This document shows, piece by piece, positions 1 to 8,887 of a DNA stretch of 64,000 bases. This DNA is from Myxococcota bacterium. Lineage in GTDB: Bacteria > Myxococcota_A > UBA796 > CAJQPC01. Position numbers and translations under genes: made by a program. The notes beneath the pieces are model-generated. The model did no database searches. It was not told the DNA's origin and saw only the letters and a program-made list of their open reading frames with translations. Numbering within the stretch: position 1 is the first letter of the stretch; the number at the start of each line of letters is the position of its first letter. The stretch spans positions 32,001 through 96,000 of the forward strand of contig DASCPX010000047.1 in the NCBI GenBank assembly GCA_036012755.1, written 5' to 3'.

Positions 1-512
1 AGGTCGGTGATGAAGGCGATGAAGTCGTCATCCCAGTGGTGGACGCTGGGGCGGGACTCCCTGTGTGAGATCTCCTCGCCGGCTTCCTCTGGCGGGAGCA
101 TGTGCGCCCACTCGACAGCTCCCGGCAGCCCATCCGTGCCGGCGTTGACCACGATGATGGCGTCGAGGCTCAAGAGCGTGAGGTCGGTGAGGTTGTCCTT
201 GTTGAGCCCCTCGCCGCGCAGCTGCGCGATGACGAGGCGGAGGCCGCGGAAGCGCCCGGAGCCAGCCCGCGCTCGGCCGAGGTCTGGGATGAAGACCTGG
301 TGCGCGTCGCCGACGAGCACCTTGTCCACGAAGCCCATGCGGTCGACGACCAGGCCGACCTGGCGGCTGCAGCCCCGGGCGGTCTCCGTGAGTCGCCTCG
401 CGAGCTCTGGGGTCAGGAAGCGCCCCTGGGGGATGCGCCGCTCGTAGAGCGACTTCAGCGCCTTGACCTGAGAGGTCTTCAGGCCGGCGGTGTTTCCGTG
501 GAGATCTGGCAT
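1..512 (-). CDS. hflX: GTPase HflX, long N-terminal-domain type (partial, runs off window start)
   Basis: Not in the ORF track. Manual minus-strand translation from ATG 512: MPDLHGNTAGLKTSQVKALKSLYERRIP...RQVGLVVDRMG...FIPDLGRARAGSGRFRGLRL..., matching the N-terminal extension of deltaproteobacterial/cyanobacterial HflX. GTPase motifs lie outside the window. Confidence 0.8.
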   Translation of the reverse strand, partial: MPDLHGNTAGLKTSQVKALKSLYERRIPQGRFLTPELARRLTETARGCSRQVGLVVDRMGFVDKVLVGDAHQVFIPDLGRARAGSGRFRGLRLVIAQLRGEGLNKDNLTDLTLLSLDAIIVVNAGTDGLPGAVEWAHMLPPEEAGEEISHRESRPSVHHWDDDFIAFITD

Positions 513-522
513 CCGCGCGAAG

Positions 523-1629
523 CTAACCGCCCGCGGCGGCGAGGCGAGCTTCGGCCTTTGCCGCCCACTCTTCGCCGAGGCGCTCGCCGTAGGTCTGGTG
601 CAGCTCGCGGGCCTGCTCCAGCGCCCCGTTGTGGAGCGCCCAGTCGAAGCGGCTCGGGATCTGCTGCTCGACGAGCACGTCCAGCTGCTCTTGCGCCGCC
701 GTCGTCCACTCCGGGCCCATCTCGGAGGCCCAGGTCTCGACGACGCGCAGTCCATCGTCGAGGTCGCCCCGAGCCAGGGCCGTCTCGTAGGCGGCCTGGG
801 CGTGCTCTTTGGCGGAGTTCCGGTACCCGGGTCCGCAGAAGTCGAGGACGGGGTCGATGTCCTCGCGGATCGCGATCCCCTCGTCGAGGTCGGCCTCGGC
901 GAGGTCGTCACCGGCAGCTTCGCAGAGCGCCGAGGCCTGGACGGCGGCGGCCTCCGGGCAGGTGGAGGCGGCATAGCCGGCCAGGGCGTTGCGGTCGGTG
1001 CTCAGGGCCTGGTACTCGCTCGGCTCGGCCAGCTGCAGCGCCTGGCAGCGCCAGCCCTCTGCGACCTCGGAGTCGAGGTCGAAGGCCAGCAACAGGACAT
1101 CGACGGGGACGGTGCGCGGCGGGTCGACGAAGTGGACGGGCACGCCCTCCGCGCCGGCGAGTCCGCCCTCGAGGCCCAGGGCGATGTGGCTCACGTCGAC
1201 GCCATGGAAGTCGGCCAGGACCAGCGCCGCGCCGAGATCCTCCACGTCCGCTGCCAGCACGCCGCCGACGAGCTGCAGGGCCACCTCGGAGTCCGACAGC
1301 TCGACCGGGGCCTGGAAACCGAGGGTCAGCCGACGGTGATCCACGCCTCGCTTCGGCCCACGCAGGGGCAGGTCGTTCGTGGTCTGGACCACGAGGCGCC
1401 GCTCGGGGTCGGACTCGGACAGCGGCCTCCAGTCCGAACAGGGCACCCGAGCCTCGCCGATGCCGTCGTACCAGATGAAGTTCTGGATTCGCCAGGAGCA
1501 CACATCGCGCACCTGGCCCTGCAGTTCGATGCCGAAAGGGGTCACGTTGACGGTGGTGAGCTGGGCGTCCTGGGCTACCAGGGTGACGGTCTTGACCGCG
1601 AGGGCCGATGCGGACAACAGGTGGAGCAC
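523..1629 (-). CDS. Secreted hypothetical protein
   Basis: 368-aa ORF with short signal MLHLLSASALA and normal acidic composition; no family recognised. Confidence 0.65.
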   Translation of the reverse strand: MLHLLSASALAVKTVTLVAQDAQLTTVNVTPFGIELQGQVRDVCSWRIQNFIWYDGIGEARVPCSDWRPLSESDPERRLVVQTTNDLPLRGPKRGVDHRRLTLGFQAPVELSDSEVALQLVGGVLAADVEDLGAALVLADFHGVDVSHIALGLEGGLAGAEGVPVHFVDPPRTVPVDVLLLAFDLDSEVAEGWRCQALQLAEPSEYQALSTDRNALAGYAASTCPEAAAVQASALCEAAGDDLAEADLDEGIAIREDIDPVLDFCGPGYRNSAKEHAQAAYETALARGDLDDGLRVVETWASEMGPEWTTAAQEQLDVLVEQQIPSRFDWALHNGALEQARELHQTYGERLGEEWAAKAEARLAAAGG

Positions 1630-1651
1630 GCCCCCCGACTAACCGGGCCGG

Positions 1652-1939
1652 CTAGAGCGCCTCGAGGGAGAGTACGAAAGCGCGCCAGGCGATCACGGCC
1701 GTGGCGATGCCGAGGCCGAAGCACAGCCCGGTGAGGGAGCGCCCGATGATGCTCTTGATGTAGCCGTCGATGATGTCCCAGCGGCGCTCTGGCTCCACGT
1801 GGGGCACGACGCGGAGGTGGTGGGGGCGTCCACGCAGAGTCTCGTGCTGGGGCCTGCGGGTCTCGGCGAGAGTGTCCCGGTAGGCCAGCACGAGCTCTGG
1901 GGTGAGGGTCTCCGGGGGTCGTCTTCGGTGCGGGACCAT
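1652..1939 (-). CDS. Small hypothetical membrane protein
   Basis: 95 aa with a C-terminal hydrophobic segment (LTGLCFGLGIATAVIAW); GGAG SD upstream. Confidence 0.6.
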   Translation of the reverse strand: MVPHRRRPPETLTPELVLAYRDTLAETRRPQHETLRGRPHHLRVVPHVEPERRWDIIDGYIKSIIGRSLTGLCFGLGIATAVIAWRAFVLSLEAL

Positions 1940-1962
1940 GCGTCTTCTCCGTGTTGCATGGC

Positions 1963-1990
1963 CCCTCGGATCCGAGGGAGATCCCCTTTA
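1963..1990 (-). promoter_or_regulatory. Sigma-28-like promoter for the 1652..1939 gene
   Basis: Minus strand TAAA-N16-TCCGAGGG, same pattern as the flagellar-cluster promoters; overlaps the palindrome CCCTCGGATCCGAGGG at 1963-1978. Confidence 0.5.
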
Positions 1991-1991
1991 C

Positions 1992-3257
1992 TTACGACTC
2001 GCTCTCGATCTGCTTGGTGCCGCCCAGGTTGTTGGCGATCTGGGCGAGGTCGACGCCGATGCCGGCCTTCAGCTCCTCGACCAGGGTCACTGCGCTCGCC
2101 GCTCTACCGCCGCCGCCCTTTGGCAGCACCGTGATGCGGTCCACGCGCACGTCCTGGATGGTGCCGACCAGGGCGGTCATCACCTTCTCCAGCTTCTGCA
2201 TGAGGAAGATGTCGCGGGCGTTCTCTCCACCGTTCTGCCAGGTCTGGATCATCTCCTCCAGCACGGTCGCGCTGGCCTTTCCGTCCTCGATGATCTTGGC
2301 GGCCTTGGCCTTCGCGTCGGCCTGATCGGCTATCATCTGGGCGTGCGCGGGGGCCATGACGTCCGCCTGGAGACGACGGCGGGTCTGCTCGACGCGAGCT
2401 GACTGGGTCAGGAGCTCGGCCTGGGCCTTGGCGACGAGCGCCTCGACCTCGCCCTGTTCCTTGGCGACCAGGGCGCCGCGGCGGGTCTGGGCGTCCTTGA
2501 CGCGCTTGTCCGCCTCTGCCTCGGCGATCTGGACCTCGGCCTTGCACTCCGTGATGCGGGCCCACTGGCGGGCCTCCGCATCCTGGATCATGGCCATCGC
2601 CCTTGCCTCGGCCTCTGCGATCTTGGCCGTGCGGATGAGCTCGGCGGTGGTCTTTCGCCCGATGCTGTCGAGGTAACCGACCTCGTCGCTGACGTTCTGG
2701 ACCTTCAGCACGTCCAGGGTGAGCCCCAGCTTCGAGAGGTCGTGCTCGGCCTCGTCGAGCAGCTTCTCGGCGAAGGCGATCTTGTCTTCGTTGACCTCCT
2801 CCGGGGTGAGCTGGGAGAGCACGCCGCGGAGGTTGCCCTCCAGCGTGTCCTTGGCGACGGAGATGAGCTCCTTGCGAGGCCGGTCCAGGAAGCGCTCGAG
2901 GGCGTTTCCGAGGGCAGGCTGGTGGCCGGCGACCTTCAGGTTGGCGACTCCCTGGACGGTCAGGGGGATGCCGCCCTTGCTGTAGGCGCCGTGCACCTGC
3001 ACATCGACGGTCATGTTCGTGAGGTCCATGCGGGACACGGACTCCACCAGCGGCCACTTGATGCGCCTGCCGCCCTTGAGGAGCTCGTAGCCCTTCTTGC
3101 CGGCGGAGGGCTTGTAGTCACCCCCGGAGAAGACGAGGACCTCGTTGGGTCCGGCGATGTAGAGCAGGTTCTTCACGGTGAGCCAAAGGGCGATGCCACC
3201 GAAGAAGATGAAGGCCAGAACGACCATTACGGTCATGGTGATCGAGACGGGGTCCAT
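1992..3257 (-). CDS. Flotillin/SPFH domain protein
   Basis: N-terminal TM, PNEVLVFSG, YSKGGIPL, TLEGNLRGVLSQLTPEEVNEDK, Ala/Glu coiled coil. Confidence 0.9.
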   Translation of the reverse strand: MDPVSITMTVMVVLAFIFFGGIALWLTVKNLLYIAGPNEVLVFSGGDYKPSAGKKGYELLKGGRRIKWPLVESVSRMDLTNMTVDVQVHGAYSKGGIPLTVQGVANLKVAGHQPALGNALERFLDRPRKELISVAKDTLEGNLRGVLSQLTPEEVNEDKIAFAEKLLDEAEHDLSKLGLTLDVLKVQNVSDEVGYLDSIGRKTTAELIRTAKIAEAEARAMAMIQDAEARQWARITECKAEVQIAEAEADKRVKDAQTRRGALVAKEQGEVEALVAKAQAELLTQSARVEQTRRRLQADVMAPAHAQMIADQADAKAKAAKIIEDGKASATVLEEMIQTWQNGGENARDIFLMQKLEKVMTALVGTIQDVRVDRITVLPKGGGGRAASAVTLVEELKAGIGVDLAQIANNLGGTKQIESES

Positions 3258-4556
3258 CTAGTTGTCCTCCTTTTCGTCGCTGTCTGTGGTGGCGTCGATG
3301 CCTGGGGTCGCCAGGATTCCGACCACGTCGACGCCCGTGGACTTGTGGAGCTCTCCGAGGATCCCGGAGACCATCGCCGGGTAGCTGGAGACGTGCGCTG
3401 GCAGCGCTGTCCCGCCTCCGTCGTCGAGCAGCGTGACCTCGTCGACCTCGATGGCGTTGACCTTCTCCACGACGGTCTCGAGCACCGTCTCGAGGTTCTG
3501 GATGAGGAAGATGTCCTTTGCGTCGTCCCCGGCCTTGTTCCAGGCGTCGGTCATCAGCTGGAGCACCTCCGCGGAGGCGCGCCCGGACTGCTCGGCGTAG
3601 GCCGCGTTTCCGCGGGCCCGCAGGGTCTCGGCTTCCTGGGCCGCCTGGGCGGGGAGGACCACGTCGGCCATGAGCCGGAGCTCCTCGAGCTGCTTCCTGA
3701 TCTCCTGGAGCTCCAGCTCGGCTTCGGCCCGGGCCAGGAGCGCCGCCTGGGCGGTGCGCTCGTCCTCTGAGTTGGCCTTCGCGTCGAACTCGGCCTTGGC
3801 CTGGGCGACGCCGTTCTTGGCCTGGATGATGGCGGCCTGCGACTTCTGGCTGGCGACCTCGCCGGCCTGGCGGGCCTTCGCCTCGGCCTGCTCGGCCTCT
3901 GAGAGGTTGTTGGCCTCTGCCACCTTCGCGTCCCGGAGCACATCGGCGATGGACTTTCGGCCGATGCTGTTGAGGTAGTTCACGTCGTCGGTGACGGACT
4001 GGATCTTCAGCGTGTCGAGCTGCAGTCCCAGGCGGCGGAAGTCCTCGTCGGACTCGCCGGTCAGCTCCTCGGCGAAGCGCAGCCGGTCTTCGTTGACCTC
4101 CTCTGGGGTGAGCCCGGCCAGGACGCCGCGGAGGTGACCTTCGAGGGTCTCCTTGGCGACCCGCTTGATCTCGCTGGGGTCACGACCGAGGAAGCGCTCG
4201 ATGGCGTTCCCGATGATGGCCGGGTTCTTGGAGACCTTGCAGTTGGCGATCGCGTGCACGTTCAGCGGGATGCCGCCCTTGCTGTAGGCGTTGGTGGTCC
4301 GGATGTCGATCGCGATGTTCCGGACGTCCATGCGCTCGACGCGCTCGACGATCGGCGTGCGCCAGGCCATGCCACCGAAGATGATGCGGAAGCCCACCTT
4401 GGTGCCGTCCGCGAGCTTGCGCTGCTTGCCGGAGAACACGAGGATCTCGTTCGGTTCACAGATGTGGAGCAGGCTCTTCGCCACACCGGCGATGAGTCCG
4501 AGCACCGCTACGGCGGCGATGGAGCCGCAGAGAAGCGCCGACAGGCCTTCGATCAT
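3258..4556 (-). CDS. Flotillin/SPFH domain protein (paralog)
   Basis: Same motifs (PNEILVFSG, YSKGGIPL, TLEGHLRGVLAGLTPEEVNEDR); abuts the downstream paralog. Confidence 0.9.
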   Translation of the reverse strand: MIEGLSALLCGSIAAVAVLGLIAGVAKSLLHICEPNEILVFSGKQRKLADGTKVGFRIIFGGMAWRTPIVERVERMDVRNIAIDIRTTNAYSKGGIPLNVHAIANCKVSKNPAIIGNAIERFLGRDPSEIKRVAKETLEGHLRGVLAGLTPEEVNEDRLRFAEELTGESDEDFRRLGLQLDTLKIQSVTDDVNYLNSIGRKSIADVLRDAKVAEANNLSEAEQAEAKARQAGEVASQKSQAAIIQAKNGVAQAKAEFDAKANSEDERTAQAALLARAEAELELQEIRKQLEELRLMADVVLPAQAAQEAETLRARGNAAYAEQSGRASAEVLQLMTDAWNKAGDDAKDIFLIQNLETVLETVVEKVNAIEVDEVTLLDDGGGTALPAHVSSYPAMVSGILGELHKSTGVDVVGILATPGIDATTDSDEKEDN

Positions 4557-4574
4557 GGGAAACCTCGGTTTCGG

Positions 4575-5264
4575 TCAGTTGCTCTTCTTCGTGGGCATCG
4601 CCGTGACTTCGGCGATCCCGTCCTCGATGCGTACGACGAGCACCCTGGCTCCTCGCGGGATCTCTCCTTCCGTCGTCGTCGCCAGCAGCTCGACGTCGGT
4701 TCCGCCCATGCGAAGCCGGATCTTGCCGGTCCTCTCGGGCGCCAGCGCGATGACGACGTCCGCGAGCTCGCCGGTGAGGCGGCGGGAGTCGGTCAAGGTG
4801 CGCACGGTGTTCTTCTTGAGCTTGCGGAAGACCGCCGCTGCGCCGTAGCCAATGAAGAAGCCGGTGGGCACGGCGACCCCGGCGACCGCGATGGTTCCCA
4901 GGGCGCCGATGGCGGTGAGCGCCGCTCCGACACCACCAAAGCTGGCCAGGAAGAAGGTCCAGTAGCGGAAGGAGAGGAAGGGGTTGAAGATCAGCGCGTC
5001 CGCAGCGTGTCCGACGTCGCCTTTGACCAGAGCCAGGTCCTTGTCGACCTCTGCGTCTCCATCGGCGTCCGCGTCTGCGTCTGCGTCTGCGTCGATGTCC
5101 GCGTCGGCGTCTGCGTCTGCGTCGATGTCCGCGTCGGCGTCGGCGTCGGCGTCGAGATCGAGGTCGATGTCCTTGTCAGCGTCGAAGTCCTTGCCTCCGA
5201 GCACGATGGAGGCTCCGATCAGGACACTTCCGAAGGCGAAGGCTGCGAGGTATGCGGTGAGCAT
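4575..5264 (-). CDS. NfeD-like (C-terminal OB-fold) membrane protein with (DA)n acidic loop
   Basis: TM segments, [17 protein letters not shown]-terminal [19 protein letters not shown]; canonical position upstream of flotillins. Confidence 0.8.
   Translation of the reverse strand: MLTAYLAAFAFGSVLIGASIVLGGKDFDADKDIDLDLDADADADADIDADADADADIDADADADADADGDAEVDKDLALVKGDVGHAADALIFNPFLSFRYWTFFLASFGGVGAALTAIGALGTIAVAGVAVPTGFFIGYGAAAVFRKLKKNTVRTLTDSRRLTGELADVVIALAPERTGKIRLRMGGTDVELLATTTEGEIPRGARVLVVRIEDGIAEVTAMPTKKSN
5071..5160. repeat. ~3 x 30-bp imperfect tandem repeat built of GCGTC(T/G) hexamers, encoding [10 protein letters not shown]
   Basis: gcgtctgcgtctgcgtctgcgtcgatgtcc-like units repeated in the coding sequence. 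Confidence 0.8.
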
Positions 5265-5343
5265 CAGGGGGTGCTGGTGATACGGGGTTTTCGCGCTGGC
5301 ATTTCACTGTGCCCTAACCGGGCCTGGGCGCTCTGAGGTCCTG

Positions 5344-7695
5344 ATGCTTGCCCTCTTTTTCCTCTCAGCTTGTTGCCGCGACGAGGCCCCGCCGATCCTC
5401 GCGTCCCTGGACCCGCTGGTCGCCGAGGAAGGTGTGGTCATCGAGGTTCCGATCTCGGAGCTGGTCCTCGACGGCGAGGACGTCGAGTTCGAGCTGTCCG
5501 CGGATCGCGAGCTGTCCGCGGCGGTCGACGGAGACCTGCTGCGGATCGTGCCCGACGTCGGCTGGACCGGCGAGGCGAGCGTGGTCGTCACCGCCACCGA
5601 TGGCTGCGGAGATGCAGCTGTCACCGAGCTGATCGTGCAGGTCGGCAGCGAGTACACCTCGGCGGGCCCCTGCGAGACGGTCTTCGAATACTCGGGCTCG
5701 GCGCAGTCGGTCTACGTCGCGGGCGAGTTCAACGGCTGGGACCCCAGCGCGACACCGCTGGAGCAGGACGGTGGGGTGTGGCGGGCCTCGCTGGAGCTCG
5801 CAGCGGGGGCGTGGCCATACAAGCTCGTCGTCGACGGCAGCTGGCAGTGCGACCCGAGCGCAGAGGCCATGCAGTGCGACGAAGGCTACAGCTGGGACCC
5901 CGACTGCTCCGGCGGCGACTCCTGCAACTCGATGGTCATCGTGCCCGACTGCGAGCAGCCCAGGCTCGTGCTGGAGGAGCTCGACCACGGTGACGGCCGG
6001 GTCGAGCTCTCGGTCTCCTTCCTGCCGGCCACCAGCGGCGCCCAGCTCGAGTCCGCGTCGGTGAGGGTCAACGGGGTCGAGCTCGCCGATGAGCTGGGCG
6101 AGCTCTCCATCTCCCTCGACGAGCCCATCCGGTACACCATCCGAGTCGGCGCCACCGACGCGGAGGGCCAGGAGGCCGAGGAGCTCTACATCCCGCTGTG
6201 GAACGACGACCGCGACTGGGAGTCGGGGCTGATGTACTACGCCTTCGTCGACCGCTTCGCCGACGGGGACGCGACCATCAACGGCCTGGAGGGCACGAAC
6301 CACTGGGAGACGGACTACTTCGGCGGCGACTGGCAGGGCGTCATCGACAAGCTCGACTACCTCGACGAGCTCGGGGTCACCGTCATCTGGCTGACGGCCC
6401 CCCAGGACAACGGCCAGGGGGCCTGGGGCGACCAGTGCAGCGCCGACTACAGCGGGTACCACGGCTACTGGCCCTCTGACGCCTTCGCTCCAGAGGAGCA
6501 CTTCGGCGACGAGGACAAGCTCCGCGAGCTCATCGACGAGGCCCACTCACGCAACATGCGGGTGCTCACGGACTGGGTCGCCAACCACGTCCACGAGGAC
6601 CACCCCTACGCGACGGAGCACCCCGAGTGGTTCAACGGCTACCTCATCTGCGAGGGCGACGTCTGGAACACCGATCCGGAGACCTGCTGGTTCGACGACT
6701 TCCTGCCGGACATCGCCTACTACCAGACCGATCCGCTGGTGCAGATGGTCGACGACGCTGTCTGGTGGGTGAAGGAGTACGAGCTCGACGGCTACCGTGT
6801 GGACGCCGTGAAGCACATGCCGCACTCCGTGTTCTTCAACTTCCAGTCCCGCGTCCGCGCGGAGATCGAGCACAGCGACGTCGGCGGGGTCGAGGACTTC
6901 TACACCGTCGGCGAGACCTTCAGCGGTGACCGGGACCTCATCGGCTCCTACGTGAACGCCCAGGAGCTCGACGCCCAGTTCGACTTCACGCTGTACTGGT
7001 CGATCCTGTCTGCGTTCGCGCGTGACGAGGCCTCGCTCCTGGAGTTGGAGGGGACCTTCGAAGACAGCGAGTCGGCGTACGCGGGCTTCACCATGTCGAC
7101 CTTCCTGGGCAACCACGACGTCGAGCGCTTCATCGCTCACGCCTCTGGAGAGGTGGGGAGCCTCTACGGCGACGGCGCCTGTCCGGAGGGCTGGATCCGA
7201 GGCCCCGACGAGGCCCCCGAGTGGGACGAGCCCTACCTGCGCCTGAAGCTGGCGTGGACCTGGCTCTTGACCCACGAGGGCCTCCCGCTCGTGTACTACG
7301 GCGACGAGATCGGCATCCCTGGCTACCACGACCCCGACAACCGCCAGATGATGCGCTTCGACGACGAGCTGTCCTGGCGCGAGTCCGACGTGCACGACCA
7401 CGTGGTGTCCCTGGGCCAGGCGCGGCTGGAGCACTCGGCGCTGTGGACCGGGTCACGCACGCGCTGGTGGGAGGAGGACAGCGTGCTGGCGTGGGCCCGG
7501 GTCGACGGGGACAGCTCGGCGCTGGTGGTGATCAACCGCTCCTGGGACGACCGGACCCTGGACAACGGGCTGTCCTTTGCCGGTCTGTCCGATGGCACCT
7601 ACACCGACGTGCTCACGGGCGAGACCTTCGTGGGCAGCGGGGACTCGCTCTCCGTCAACGTCCCGGCGATGAGCTCGAGGGTGCTCGTTCGGTAG
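5344..7695 (+). CDS. GH13 alpha-amylase family lipoprotein with CBM48-like domain
   Basis: MLALFFLSAC lipobox; SVYVAGEFNGW/YKLVVDGSW (CBM48); GGDWQGVIDKLDYLDELG, YHGYW, DGYRVDAVKH, GE, FLGNHD. Confidence 0.9.
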   Translation: MLALFFLSACCRDEAPPILASLDPLVAEEGVVIEVPISELVLDGEDVEFELSADRELSAAVDGDLLRIVPDVGWTGEASVVVTATDGCGDAAVTELIVQVGSEYTSAGPCETVFEYSGSAQSVYVAGEFNGWDPSATPLEQDGGVWRASLELAAGAWPYKLVVDGSWQCDPSAEAMQCDEGYSWDPDCSGGDSCNSMVIVPDCEQPRLVLEELDHGDGRVELSVSFLPATSGAQLESASVRVNGVELADELGELSISLDEPIRYTIRVGATDAEGQEAEELYIPLWNDDRDWESGLMYYAFVDRFADGDATINGLEGTNHWETDYFGGDWQGVIDKLDYLDELGVTVIWLTAPQDNGQGAWGDQCSADYSGYHGYWPSDAFAPEEHFGDEDKLRELIDEAHSRNMRVLTDWVANHVHEDHPYATEHPEWFNGYLICEGDVWNTDPETCWFDDFLPDIAYYQTDPLVQMVDDAVWWVKEYELDGYRVDAVKHMPHSVFFNFQSRVRAEIEHSDVGGVEDFYTVGETFSGDRDLIGSYVNAQELDAQFDFTLYWSILSAFARDEASLLELEGTFEDSESAYAGFTMSTFLGNHDVERFIAHASGEVGSLYGDGACPEGWIRGPDEAPEWDEPYLRLKLAWTWLLTHEGLPLVYYGDEIGIPGYHDPDNRQMMRFDDELSWRESDVHDHVVSLGQARLEHSALWTGSRTRWWEEDSVLAWARVDGDSSALVVINRSWDDRTLDNGLSFAGLSDGTYTDVLTGETFVGSGDSLSVNVPAMSSRVLVR

Positions 7696-7915
7696 GGACG
7701 CGTACTCGGCTGGCGAACGGTGTATGAAATACACTGACAAGAAATGTGCGATTATCGTCGCCTTGGGGTTGCGGCCCGGCTGATCGGTGCGCAACCTGAT
7801 GACAGGACGACAACGCCGTCAACGCCCTCCGGAGGCGGCTTTGCACCAGAATTGCAGGGATCGTGTGAACAAGAGTCACGCCTCTGGTGTCCGTGCCTGT
7901 AGGAGGATGCATACA

Positions 7916-8245
7916 GTGAACGCCTACGCCATCGAGCCCGTGCCGCCGCGTGTGGAGCTTGCCGAACTGAGGCATGAGCTGGTGGAGTTGGCTGGTCGTC
8001 TCTACCTGGAGCTGTCCGACTCAGAGCTGGTCTGGGCTGGAACCACACTCCACCGCTTGCTCGAGCCAAAGGTCCTCGAGCAGGGGCTCGACGACTGGGT
8101 CGTGCGCGCTGCACTCGTTCTTCTGGTCGAAGGGTGCACTCGTATCGGCCTCGTCGGCCCCACCATCAGCGCGCCGACGCGCTCTCTCGAGCTGCTCGAT
8201 CAGCTCGATCAACCTCCGGATCGGAGGTCCCGCTACGGCGGGTGA
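7916..8245 (+). CDS. Hypothetical protein
   Basis: AGGAGG at 7901-7906, GTG at 7916, in the 7787..8245 frame; helical Leu/Glu-rich sequence. Confidence 0.55.
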   Translation: MNAYAIEPVPPRVELAELRHELVELAGRLYLELSDSELVWAGTTLHRLLEPKVLEQGLDDWVVRAALVLLVEGCTRIGLVGPTISAPTRSLELLDQLDQPPDRRSRYGG

Positions 8246-8246
8246 G

Positions 8247-8331
8247 ATACGGCCGGTGCGGCCCGGGAGCTTGTTGTCCAACGACAACTCTCTTCCCTCC
8301 CACCTTCGCTCCCGGGTCGCACCGACCGTAT
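8247..8331. repeat. 24-bp inverted repeat enclosing a 37-nt spacer (MITE-like element, structured RNA or bidirectional terminator)
   Basis: ATACGGCCGGTGCGGCCCGGGAGC (8247-8270) versus GCTCCCGGGTCGCACCGACCGTAT (8308-8331), 22/24 match; lies between convergent genes. Confidence 0.75.
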
Positions 8332-8334
8332 TGT

Positions 8335-8880
8335 CTAGAAGCGATGGCCGACGCCGTAGATCACGGCGAGGGTGTCCTCGCGGAAGGCATAGGCGCCGCC
8401 TACGTACATCGTGAAGCCCGCGTAGGTGGACATGTTGAGCTTCACGGCGGCCATCGGGAAGAACTGGTCGCCGGCGGTGCTGCGGAAGGTGCGGCCAGCG
8501 AGCCCGGCGACCTGGGGCTTGAAGAAGGCGGACTCGCTGAGCTGGAGGACGGCGGGAGCCCACGCAGCCCCGGCGGCGATGGCTCCTGCGCTGTGCTCCT
8601 CGACGATGTCGCCGTCAACGAGGTGGCGGATGGGCGTCTGAGGCACGTTCACCAGGCCCACGATGCTGACGCGCGGCCTCCAGAGGTACTCGCCGAGGAA
8701 GAGTGAGCCCTGGACCGGCAGGATCCGCTCCTCGTCCTGTCCGTACAGCGCCTGGTCGACGATGACCATGGACTGGCCGAAGGTGAACTCGAGGCGATCG
8801 GCCAGGAGGAAGGTCTTCTCAGGTGCCGGCTCGTCTTGGGGCGGCTCGGCGGCGAGGGAGAGTGACACGAGCAGCAGCAT
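8335..8880 (-). CDS. Putative outer-membrane beta-barrel protein
   Basis: Short signal MLLLVSLSLA, alternating beta-strand pattern, C-terminal YGVGHRF. Confidence 0.65.
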   Translation of the reverse strand: MLLLVSLSLAAEPPQDEPAPEKTFLLADRLEFTFGQSMVIVDQALYGQDEERILPVQGSLFLGEYLWRPRVSIVGLVNVPQTPIRHLVDGDIVEEHSAGAIAAGAAWAPAVLQLSESAFFKPQVAGLAGRTFRSTAGDQFFPMAAVKLNMSTYAGFTMYVGGAYAFREDTLAVIYGVGHRF

Positions 8881-8887
8881 GGTGGCC

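Noticed and set aside
300..420. Suspected frameshift in hflX
   Set aside because: Codon-by-codon reading is continuous (..ETARGCSRQVGLVVDR..).
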